Assembly: GCA_026023565.1 (NCBI GenBank)
Contig: JAPETS010000001.1
Coordinates: 372,001-436,000, forward strand
Source: Cirrosporium novae-zelandiae
Lineage: Eukaryota
Reading direction: 5' to 3'
DNA: 64,000 nucleotides
Part shown: positions 13,243-23,647 of the stretch, in pieces
How positions within the stretch are numbered: position 1 is the first letter of the stretch
How the letters are laid out: each line of letters starts with the position of its first letter
The notes under the pieces: model-generated
Seen by the model: only the letters and a program-made list of their open reading frames with translations
What the model was told of the DNA's origin: nothing
Databases searched by the model: none
Program-made: the position numbers and the translations under genes

Positions 13243-15712
13243 TTACCTTCTTTTACTATTCCCCGCTTTGAAACTCCTTTTACCTCCTTTGGGTTTTTCA
13301 AACTTGGAAACAGCACCTCTACCACCTCTCTCAGCCCTACCCTTCTTCCAAACGTTACCTTCTTGTCTTTGTCTGCTATCATCCAATCTCTTCTTATCCT
13401 TACCACTGAGCTTCATCTTCTCTTTTTTCCCGCTCACATCTGGTCCATTTAATTCCAGTCGTCCAAGCTGTTTGGCTGATCTCTTATCTTTCTCGCTCTC
13501 GAACCAAGTTCGCTTAGGTCTTGACATGATTTCATTTTGATGAACCATTAGATTTTCTCCGCGGGTAACTTGCATCTCAACTTGAGCCAGCTGCTTCTCC
13601 TCCTTCTCTTCTTTGAGGACCTCTTCTACTTCTTCCTGCAAATATTCTACCTTTTGTGCCCATTTATCTGCTTCTGACTGTTCCACCGTTCTACTTACAA
13701 TCTTCGCACCTTGGGCACGGCCAGCTTTGACGGCAGCTTTGACAACTTTGCGATCTGGTTCTGCAGCTAATGTGCATGCACGGCCCGTGCGGCCTGCTCG
13801 AGCTGTACGACCAACTCTGTGCAGATAAATTTCATGAGACTGGGGTGCTTCATAGTTGATAACTGTTTCGACACCCTTGATATCTAGACCTCTAGAAGCA
13901 ACGTCTGTGGCAAGTAGGTATTCAGCTTTACCATCCCGAAATGATTCAACACTTGAAATACGCTAGAAATGTTTAGTAATGTTATATTTTATAATGGGGA
14001 TTTGAATATACCTGTTCCTGAGACATATTTCCATGCAATTCTGCTGCTTGAAGTCCAAGGAGTCCAAAAATTATCCTAGCTTGATGGGCTACCTTCTTTT
14101 GCCGGAAGAAAATAATGACTCGATCTGTAAATATCTTGGTGCAAAGATACATTAAGTATCCCATGCGCTTGTCCTCCCTACCAGGTCTTAACCGTACAAA
14201 CTCCTGTACAAGTGTACCGACGGTGTGCCTCTTTGCATCAACCATAAGCCTAACAGGGCGATTAAGGCCCACTCGGATAAGTTTATCCACAGTGTCCGTC
14301 ATTGTAGCTGAGAAAAGCATGGTTTGCCTTGATTTAGGTATAGTAGTAAGAATTTCGTTGAGTTCATCTGCAAAACCATCTTCAAGCATTCGATCTGCTT
14401 CATCTAGAACTAGAATTTCCAAGGTCTCAACTGTAAAGCTTGCGGAGTTCCTCATGTGATCGATAAATCGACCAGGAGTAGCGATGATAATGTCCGGTCG
14501 AGTTTTGAGAATATTCTCTTGCTCTCGTAAACTAAACCCACCAACAAGTTGACAGAATGTGATATCTGTAAAGCTCGCAAGTTTCTTAGCAACATTAAAG
14601 CATTGCACAGCTAATTCACGTGTGGGCATGAGAATAGCAACTCTAGTCGTAGGAAATTTCCTCGGCCTGTACACTAGACGCTCAAGAATTGGAATAACGA
14701 AAGCCGCAGTTTTCCCTGAACCGGTGACGGCTCCTCCTACCACATCTTTACCCATTAAGGCGACAGGTATGGTTTTACGTTGAATCGGTGTAGGGTTGGA
14801 AAATCCGATGGCGGTAAGGCCTCTAATAACAGGCCGTGAAAGAGACATGTTCTGGAACGAGCTTGAAATTCCATCCTTCTGGTCTTCTGAATTTGGTATG
14901 TCTTGTTCGGGGGCAAAGAAGGCTTTCCGCCGTGCTTGTTCCTCGGGGTCTTCTTCCTCGCTATCTGAGGATGCATCAGAGACATCGTCCCCAGGGTGTG
15001 GTACAGGAGTTGCGACCGAATCATCCTCACTAGCTGAGTCTTCATCATTCTCCTCTCCAGCTTCATCTTCGGAGTTTTCTTCGCCTGCTTCATCATCAAA
15101 CTCAAGTGGTGCACCCATACCAAACCCATCAGCTGCCAATAATTCATCTTCGTCCTCATCAGCCATTTCATCTTCAGTTTCCTCTTTCTCTTCTTTTTCT
15201 TCCTCCTCCTCTTCTGGAATGGTATATTTGTGTTCAACAGTGGCATCTCCATTGAGAGCTTCGGTCCCATTTTTATTTGCGCGCCTTCGAGATATAATTT
15301 CGTCAATATCTACGCCCTTCTTATCTCCAGATTTCCTTTGCTCCTTGTTCTTATGATTCACGGCCCAGCCATCAAAGTCTTCAGTAACTCCGGTATCTGC
15401 TCCGAACTCAAACTCGAAATCCGGATCAAAAGCCCCATCATCCTCGCCCTTATCGCCCCAAGCGTTGGCTTCAATTTCTGATCCATGATCTGAGATTATA
15501 TCGGTTGCTATCTTTTTTGATTTCTTTGTGCGCTTCGAGGTATTGGCCTTGGAGAGTTCAGCATGCGCCAGTTTTCTCTTTTTTCCTATTTTGATAGATG
15601 CACTCGAAGGATCTTGAGCCAACTCTTCTCCACTCTGGATATCATTTTCATCATCAGATAGGGTCACTATGAAGTCATCTTCAGTGGAAAGTGGGCGCTT
15701 CGTGGGTGCCAT
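13243..15712 (-). CDS. DRS1: ATP-dependent DEAD-box RNA helicase DRS1/DDX27 (60S biogenesis)
   Basis: Acidic N-terminus, Q motif [32 protein letters not shown]; after one intron (about 13963-14011) RGLDI and [11 protein letters not shown]-terminal SRPKRTWF. Confidence 0.95.
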
Positions 15713-16035
15713 TGCCTAGAATTTTTCGTCAACTAATGTTGGAATTTTCATAAATTTACAATAATAGAAAAAAAAATAAAGTTCGGTAGAGGTCGAAACT
15801 CTAAATTTTCGGAGCTTTTAGGCACGAGCTGGCCGCGCTGGCTCGCGTCTCTCTTCGTTTTACATTTCACCAACTCAACTATCCAAGAGCTAGCATCCTA
15901 TATCAAAACAATATACATTCTTAATATACTAATCATGTTAATATATTCTAAATATAGGAGTAATGCTCCTATGCCATCTATCAACCAAAGCACCAATACT
16001 CAATACCTACTTCCAGTACAAACAAAATCTCAATC

Positions 16036-17037
16036 TTACAGCCGCCCACGGGTCAACACGGCTCCTCCATCAATAGGGATTGTTATTCCATTGCAATGAT
16101 TAGCTGCGCGACTGCAAAGAAAAACCACAACGCCCGCAAAATCCTCCTTCCGCCCTAGTCTCCCATTTGGAACATCCTTAGCTAGTTTTTCTTGTCCGCC
16201 TTCTATTTCCATTAACCCAACACTCATCTTTGAGGGGAAGAAGCCTGGAGCAACAGAATTACATAGAATATGACGAGGACCAAGTTCAGCTGCAAGATTT
16301 TTGGAAAGATGAATAGCAGCAGCTTTAGAGGCTGAATATATAGGGGTTGCATTATCTCCTATGTGGCCGAGGCCAATGCCAGCGACAGAGGCAGTGATAA
16401 TAATGCGGGATGGGTCTTTATGGTTTGCTTTCTTCTGGAGCAGGGGAGCAAACCTAGTATAACACTTAGTAACTTCCTCGGGTTAATTTGACAGAAGCTG
16501 AATTAAGCAGAGAAAGAGAGTATCCATGTGCAGAAAAGACACTTACAATCTGCAGGTATTGAATACACTCCTGACATTTAGATCCAGTACCTTGGCCACC
16601 GCAGCATCTGGATGTGTATCGAATTTTTCTCCCCAGGTTGCACCTGCATTGGCAATCAAGATATCAACATGATCTGTTGTTTTGCTCACTTCCTTTACTA
16701 GTCTTTCTATCTCCTCGATTATGCTACTATCAGCAGGTACAGCAATTGCTTCGGCCCCCAGTCTCTTGTTCTTAAGGGCATTAAGTGCTTCACATGCCGA
16801 GATGCAGGCAGAAGCTTTGCGCGAAGTAATATAAACCTTGGCACACCCAGCCTGAAGAAGTCTGAAGCGAGGAAAAATTAATTAGACCTGTCATACGACA
16901 ATTTTCAAACTATGGACGTACCCAGATGCAGCATGGAGTCCCAAGCCTCGAGAACCACCTGTGACTACAGCAACTTTGCCATCCAGAGAGAAGATGGTAT
17001 GAAAATCATGAAGCTCAACTTGAGATTGTGGGTCCAT
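16036..17037 (-). CDS. Short-chain dehydrogenase/reductase (RhlG/3-oxoacyl-ACP reductase-like), 3 exons
   Basis: TGGSRGLG Rossmann motif, ILIANAG, catalytic YSASK, NSVAPGFFPSKM, NGITIPIDGG. Two GT-AG introns near 16863-16921 and 16454-16547. Confidence 0.9.
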
Positions 17038-18260
17038 AATTGTGAAGGTGACAAAAATCAATTGAAAAGCTAGAAAGGTATAGAAGGGTGCAAAAGATGT
17101 CAACTTGAGATTTTGAGATACATAAGCTCGAGATTATTATTTAACCATGGCCACGATAAAGCTGGGGAGCTTCGGTACATAATTACTTTTGTGGGGTAGG
17201 AATTAAGCCGAGGCTCGGTTGAAGATGCAACAACAACCGGGATAGAAGGCTAGCCACCAATAATCACCAACGTTGAATGAGGTTTATCATGTGCTATTGT
17301 TGATAATTCTCAAATTTACATTAGCCATATTGATAAGGCTTCCGAGGGAAGACCGGACGAGAGCTTCGGGTCCAACGTTCTAAACATCTAGTGAGACCAT
17401 ATTTACAATATCTTTGTTCACTTTCATAAACTACAAGCGCAGCTGAGCAGATCCAAGTACGTCTCCAACATCATGTCTCTATTGTTGGTAGATCATAAGC
17501 TCCCAGGAGCTTAACTTCAAGCGCAAGATCAATTTCCAGCTCCCTACCTTTTGAACCATTCATCTCCCCATTGCTTTCAGAACCTGTCTTAAGATGTGGA
17601 CGCTGAGCTAATGTTGGGGTGGATCAAGTAAAAATCTAGAGGGCCGAGGTATCCTACATCTTTCAGACCTGGCCCTTCGATGAGGTGTGATGGGACGGAC
17701 TATAGATGTGAGGACAATTTTCTTTGTTACCCTTGAAGTCAAATCAACACTCTTTGTTTAGCTGTGAGTTAGATATTCCTATCAACTCCTTTTGAATTTG
17801 CTTTGGGTGGACCAATTAGTATTCTTAATCATCCATGCTATTGCCTGACTTCGCTTTAATTTGGTCCTTTCATTTCTTTAAAGTAAGAAGAAAAGACGTC
17901 CCTTAAATGAAATCATACTGTGGCCTGCCATTAAGAATCCATATTTTTACGTTATCCCTTGCTTTTCTTACATAGGAATTATCGAGTAAAATCTCCTTAA
18001 TCGTTTTGACAATATTCTACCTCACCATAATCAAAAAAAAAAAATAACCCAGGATGAATAGTCAAACTCACCTCGGACCTAACTCCCATTCACTCAGAGT
18101 ATAATATCGACTACAAATAAATAAAGTCACTATTCAAAAGGGAAGAAATGCAAAAAGAACATCTAGGGCCAAGCCAACCGCCTTATTGGTCTCGAGATAT
18201 GGCTTTCGTCAATTCCAGATGAACTAAACTCACCCTGGGCTGGGGTTGGTTTTGCAAAGC

Positions 18261-18346
18261 TGCCCGAAGTGGGAGTCGAACCCAAGGCATTCCACGCATA
18301 AGGCTGGATGTGTGGGAGATGTGCTGACTGCTTGAGCCACTTAGCC
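18261..18346 (-). pseudogene. Degenerate tRNA-like element (tRNA pseudogene or tRNA-derived SINE head)
   Basis: Minus strand: A-box-like TGGCTCAAGCAG, near-perfect B-box/T-arm GGGTTCGACTCCCAC, 3' end TTCGGGCA pairing 5/7 with 5' GGCTAAG. No canonical anticodon arm. Confidence 0.55.
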
Positions 18347-18950
18347 CTGAGGGGACCTCTCCGCTTGCTGGTTAAAAACAAGTGTGGTATTACCTATTAT
18401 AAGGTACTAGAGATTGGCTAGCATTATCTAGAGCCTATTTTCCTTTCCTATTGTCCGCCTTTACTCTCCGTCTCTACTGTCCGCTTCTACTATCGCCTTC
18501 CACTACATGCTCCGTGTTTAATCAGCTCAACTCAGTGGCCGTAGTCTCTCCAAAGACATCAAAACATTAGAACCCCTTTCCAAAACCGATTCGGCATTTG
18601 GCAAGATCTAAAACATTCTAGCTTTCATCATCACAAACAATCTATTTTTAGAAAGTTATAAGAGATAAAGAACAGATCCAGTTGACAAAGACTCGACGAC
18701 AATGGGTGAAATCAACAAAGAATATTATATCGAACCTTTGTCTCTCCCACATTAGCCAAGTTGTCATAAAAGGAATTGTATTCGCTCTTTATCCTTCTCT
18801 CAATGGTGAAACTCGGAGGCACAAAGGAAGCATTGTGTAAAGCATTATGACTTTTTTCATAAATAGGGCCACACCATCCAGTTCTTTTCCAAATCTTTCT
18901 CGGCTACCAACTTACAACACATACATAGACTTCAGCTTCAACCTCCTAGT

Positions 18951-20963
18951 ATGGCACAAGAAACTCGTCAGAGTGCATCACCGCTCTGGGCAGGTCCCAC
19001 TGATGAAATGAATGAAATGCTTTTCGGGGATGGCGAGCTAGCCTCGATCCTCAATAACATTGCTACGCCGACTTCAGCTGAATTCCGAAATTTCTCCTTC
19101 AACCCACCCACCCCTCAAGTTGAACAAAGCTTACCTCTAATCGATTCAGATGCAAGCACATACCCCGATCCAATCACCTCTATGAATAGCCCTCCAAATC
19201 CCTATCCCCTTTCGGATGTATCACAAGAAGACTTATTTCAAGAGGTATCAGATATGCTCACTTCGAATCCAGATCCAATTCCAGGTACATCATTCGGTGG
19301 ATATCCCAACATCAGTATGGTCCCTTCACAAGTGAGTCAATGTCGGCCCTACTCAAGATTCACAGAACCAATTGCAGTAGGATACTCCCGGGGTACTCCA
19401 ATCGTTCCAAAAATCGACCGAATTGCTAGTGAGGACCATGCCACTCTCTTTGGGGTTGATTCCGGAGCCGTCACCGCAGTTAACTGTCGCCAATGGATCC
19501 AAGTCCCAATGGATCAATGCAATGATAGTGTGTTTAACCCGGAAGATCTTGCGCTTACTTCACCAACAGGTTCATCACGGTCACCTGCTCGAAACCATAG
19601 TCCTGAAGGAAGGGTTCCAACAACTTCACAAAGGAATTCGACTCCATCCCCAAGGTTATCACCGACCCCACCACGCCGTCGGAGAGAATCAAAATTGAAG
19701 GAACAGGCTTCCATAACATTGCGACCGGGAAGGGTACAAAAAAGAAAAGCGACCCGTAAGCCTTCAAAGTCTCCAACCGTACCCAAATTACCCGCAAATC
19801 AATGGAGCATGGATCTAGACAAACCCTGGGTGAAAATCAACAAATCTTACGGCAAGAACGGCAGATTTGCAAATATCATCAAATTTCACCCCGAGGAAAT
19901 TTACGATCTCCCCAGCCAGATTCCAACACCTTGGTCTTCATTCACATACAACAGGTTCGGAGAATTCGGCAAGCGATGCTACACGGCAGAAGAGCTGAAT
20001 AAATACCTTTTCCAGAATCCTCTCCACACCAGAGCATCCAGCCCAAAACAATCCGCGCTGACCCTCTGGATCCAGTCGTGTCCCACAGACTCTGCTCGTC
20101 GCTACTGCACACCAGTTTCTTCTCGCTGCCGTTTCGCCGAATGCCCTAGCACTAATAACCTTATTGCCATAGGCCAGTTCCGTGTCGCCATCGACGAAAC
20201 CTCAAATCATCCCGCCAACAAAAACCTAAACCTCGACCCATTCCACCACACAGGATACGTCCACCTTTTCTGCGCTGAACGCTTTCTCGATTTTCCTAAA
20301 ATCTGTCACGAACTCAATGTGCAGGTAGATGATCGCGAGCTCAAGTCGGAACCAAGCGCTAAGAATAAGATGCAGGTTCGGTCCAGCGCAGAAGGAGAGG
20401 TCGCATACTGGTTTCTGGATGTTTGTAGTCGCTTCCCTCGGGGTCCGGTTCGCTACTCACACTACCAAACTCCTAATCGCCCCTTCGAAAACACCTTAAC
20501 ACATATGTTAACAGTTGCCAAGGTGAATTCGGAGAGCGATTGTATAGTAAGGCAACAAGTCCGCAGAGGATTAAAAGGAAGCCATATCAGCGTTCATCTT
20601 GGGAACTTGGAGATGTGGGCCAAGGAAAGGGGCAAGACAAGGAAAATCGCCGCCGCACATCAATTAAAGAAACGCCTTCGCGAAGCCGAGTCAAAGGAGG
20701 AGCAAGAAGCCCAACCTAGGAAGAAGAGACGACGGGGGCAGAGTGCGGGAAATAACCAGAAGAGGAGCTCAAGAAAGAGGATGAGAGTTGAGGATAGCGA
20801 CGACGATGATGGTAACTTTAGCGATTGCATCACAGTCGATAACGCCTCCGACGACGACCTATACTCATTCTCACCTCGACGCTTAAAGCACCAACGAGTT
20901 GAAGCTCCTTCCCCAACCACGCCTGTAAGAAGATTCCCAAGATTACGTTCACTAAAACATTAA
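18951..20963 (+). CDS. Uncharacterised intronless 670-aa probably nuclear protein with a Cys/His-containing central domain
   Basis: Long ORF. Acidic/Pro/Ser-rich N-terminus, ordered central region (LTLWIQSCPTDSARRY...CRFAECP...GYVHLFCAE), basic NLS-like tracts (PRKKRRR, RKRMR). Confidence 0.85.
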   Translation: MAQETRQSASPLWAGPTDEMNEMLFGDGELASILNNIATPTSAEFRNFSFNPPTPQVEQSLPLIDSDASTYPDPITSMNSPPNPYPLSDVSQEDLFQEVSDMLTSNPDPIPGTSFGGYPNISMVPSQVSQCRPYSRFTEPIAVGYSRGTPIVPKIDRIASEDHATLFGVDSGAVTAVNCRQWIQVPMDQCNDSVFNPEDLALTSPTGSSRSPARNHSPEGRVPTTSQRNSTPSPRLSPTPPRRRRESKLKEQASITLRPGRVQKRKATRKPSKSPTVPKLPANQWSMDLDKPWVKINKSYGKNGRFANIIKFHPEEIYDLPSQIPTPWSSFTYNRFGEFGKRCYTAEELNKYLFQNPLHTRASSPKQSALTLWIQSCPTDSARRYCTPVSSRCRFAECPSTNNLIAIGQFRVAIDETSNHPANKNLNLDPFHHTGYVHLFCAERFLDFPKICHELNVQVDDRELKSEPSAKNKMQVRSSAEGEVAYWFLDVCSRFPRGPVRYSHYQTPNRPFENTLTHMLTVAKVNSESDCIVRQQVRRGLKGSHISVHLGNLEMWAKERGKTRKIAAAHQLKKRLREAESKEEQEAQPRKKRRRGQSAGNNQKRSSRKRMRVEDSDDDDGNFSDCITVDNASDDDLYSFSPRRLKHQRVEAPSPTTPVRRFPRLRSLKH

Positions 20964-21788
20964 AAAGCGTCTTTCTTCATCGACCTGGTGAGTTCCTTAT
21001 CCTTCCCTTCCGACGCTATTCCCTTCTCCCATCTCCCCTAATCACGATTCCCAATCTTGTACATGACCATCAACCTAACGACTAACGATATCACGCCTTT
21101 GCATGACATGAGATGAAATCATATAATTTTGCATAGCATAGCCGTTGGTTTTCGGTTTTTTTAAAAAAAGCATTGCATTACATGAAGTTTTTGCTTTTCT
21201 TTACATATATACATATTAATTCCACTTAATTTATTCTTCAAGAAAGACAATAAAATAAATGAATGATAAAAATAAACATTCTCTCCTTCCCTCACATCAG
21301 TAAATTTTAAAGTTGTAATCTACGTTCTGGTACGCTGTCCGCTTGGATTTAGCCCCGCACGTGCCCCGCTTACCCTGTACCACTAACTATGTACTATACA
21401 GGTACCTTCGCGGACCGACGTAGCATTACTTTCTTTTCGCTGTTTACTTTCGACAGTATTCCTACCATCAATTATTGAACTACAAGGATGACAGATATAC
21501 CAGTTCCATGCACAAAGAAAGATAGCAATAAATTCATTTCAATTCAATTCCTTTTGTATGTATTTAGCGTCTGTGAGTTTTCATTATAGAACAACCCCCC
21601 ATTTCCTCCGATATGGTTGAGGACGACAAAGGCTTCTTTGTTTATTTTCTTTGTCTCCTCGGGCGAACGGTACCGGCAAAGGACGCCTCGAGAATAATGT
21701 CCGCCTTATGCACAAGCATCCTCTATTAATTAAAGAGGACAAAATATGGACAAGACGATGGGTTTATTCTCAAACTATGGCCATTGCG

Positions 21789-22300
21789 TTAACCAAACCA
21801 TCTTATGCTTATATTTAGTGCGGGGGAAGGGGCTGGGGGGTTGATACCAAAGACAAACGCTCCATCACGGTTCTTGATCCGCTCGGAGAGGTTAATGTCG
21901 CTATTGGATTGCTCTCCATTCTCTTTGGAAAGGCTGGCACGGAGCACGGGGACGGTACCGTCGCCCTCAATGGAAAAAGTTACGTTCTTGGCCGTGTTGG
22001 CGAATCCTATACCACCACCACCACCACAACTCGTCAGCACCAGGGCAAAGAGATATATATATAATTAATGAACCTACCGTGGCCTCCCCACTCAAATCTG
22101 CCTAAATAATCACATATTTCATTAGCTAAACGAGCTGAAGATTAACCAGAACCGTTCTAATATATACCATTGTCATTGCCGATATGATGGTTCAAGTCGA
22201 TATGAGCATCGACATTTTCACCTTTCTTATTCCGAAGGCGAGCTTTAAGCATATGCTTATTTTCAATATGGATATTTTCCGCGGTGAGGTGGAAAGACAT
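21789..22300 (-). CDS. Cyanovirin-N homolog (CVNH) lectin-domain protein, no signal peptide
   Basis: Spliced MSFHLTAENIHIE..HMLKARL..DAHIDLNHHIGNDNG/RFEWGG/FANTAKNV..LRASL..DINLSERIKNRDGAF gives the two CVNH half-repeats. 3' end uncertain (possible extra intron near 21845). Confidence 0.9.
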
Positions 22301-23033
22301 TTTTGTTTTGGCTTTTTTTGTTAGGAGGAGTATGTATAGAAGAAGCAGGAAAAAAAGGTGTGTTCTGCGAAGAAAGAAGTGGTAGTGCTTGTTAGAAGAG
22401 GGACAAGATGAAGGGAGCAGTAAGAAGGATGATCTACAAGAAAGCGGGCGGGCGGGAGTGCTAAAATATCCCATGGACTTGGCCTTCTGCACAGGCCAAG
22501 GCTAATTACTAGCTAAGGGTTATTGCCCTAAGTGGATACAATTGCTTGTTGTCTGCGTTGTTGTTGGAGAAAGAGGAGGAGCTTGTTATTGTTGTTCATG
22601 CGTCCCATCCTCTGAAACGGAAGGGAGTATCAAACCCATAACAAACCCCACCATCCAGGTTGCAAATACTCGAATACAACAACTCAAAGTGGACCTTTTA
22701 ACAGGTCAAGTGCTCGTATAGCAGTGGAGAAAACCACCAAAAAACCAGAAAAAAATTGCTGGTCCTTGGCAAACTATAGCATTTCTATTATCAAACGTCA
22801 GGACAAGATGAGCCAAGACCATCCCACCAGCTGAATAAATGCGCTCTAGTCAATAATAAGACTAGTGCGGATGATCACCCCCCCACGTGCCCCTCCGCTT
22901 CAACCTACCTAGGTTAGTAGTAAGTACTTAGTATTCCAACTCTAGAGGCATCTCTGACGTCCTTTCTCCCCTTTTGAGGAATCACAGCGGTCACGCACTC
23001 TCCTCCTCACAAAATTCAACTTTCTATTTTATT

Positions 23034-23057
23034 ATAATCATAATCATAATCATAATC
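23034..23057. repeat. (ATAATC)4 microsatellite in an AT-rich patch
   Basis: Direct tandem copies in the sequence. Confidence 0.85.
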
Positions 23058-23647
23058 ATAAATAATAATAGCTTTCGAATAATCTACTTATTCTATTCCA
23101 TTCTATTAAATATAAATTAATAATTATCTATAGTTGTGTTAATACACCCAGGGACAATTGTGGGGTACAGTAATTCTATGAAAATAACTTGGTTATGTAT
23201 AGTACAATAACCGCTTTAACCGCTTTAACCGCAATACGATTATAACAGCGAGCCCGTAACATGTGTTGGACATTGTCGTTTTACATGTATGTATGTATAT
23301 ATGTATTAACCTATGTGGTGAGCCGGGGGAAAGGAGCGTTAAATGTTCTGGAATGGAGTGAGTGAGTGAGTGAGTGGTGAGAAGGGAAAGAAAGCCTGAG
23401 TAGAACTGAACTGGGGATATAGATAACTATTTCGTTATTCGGACTGGATCTGGGTATATAATAATACTATTCCTCCCCTCTCCCCCTCTCCCCCTCTCCC
23501 CCTTTCCTCCTAACACCACTTCTTTCCATTCCAATCAATCTAAGCGTAGGGGAGAAAAAAAAACAAAACAAGTAAAAAAATGATAATTAATCTCTCCATT
23601 CTACTAACAACCCCACAGTCCCCGCAGTCTCCAACCACACACATCTA

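Noticed and set aside
6749..17037. Secondary-metabolite (NRPS-like) cluster around the two-adenylation-domain gene and the SDR
   Set aside because: The gene is the conserved DIP2/CPS1 ortholog with no thiolation or condensation domain, and its neighbours are housekeeping genes.
17320..17620. Near-open minus-strand frame with one TGA upstream of the SDR
   Set aside because: Translation resembles no family I recognise; cannot be distinguished from chance.
18261..18346. Selenocysteine tRNA (3' end CCACTTCGGGC resembles eukaryotic tRNA-Sec)
   Set aside because: No UCA anticodon loop, 5' end is not GCCCGGA, no 9/4 fold, and ascomycetes lack Sec machinery. Kept only as a degenerate tRNA-like element.
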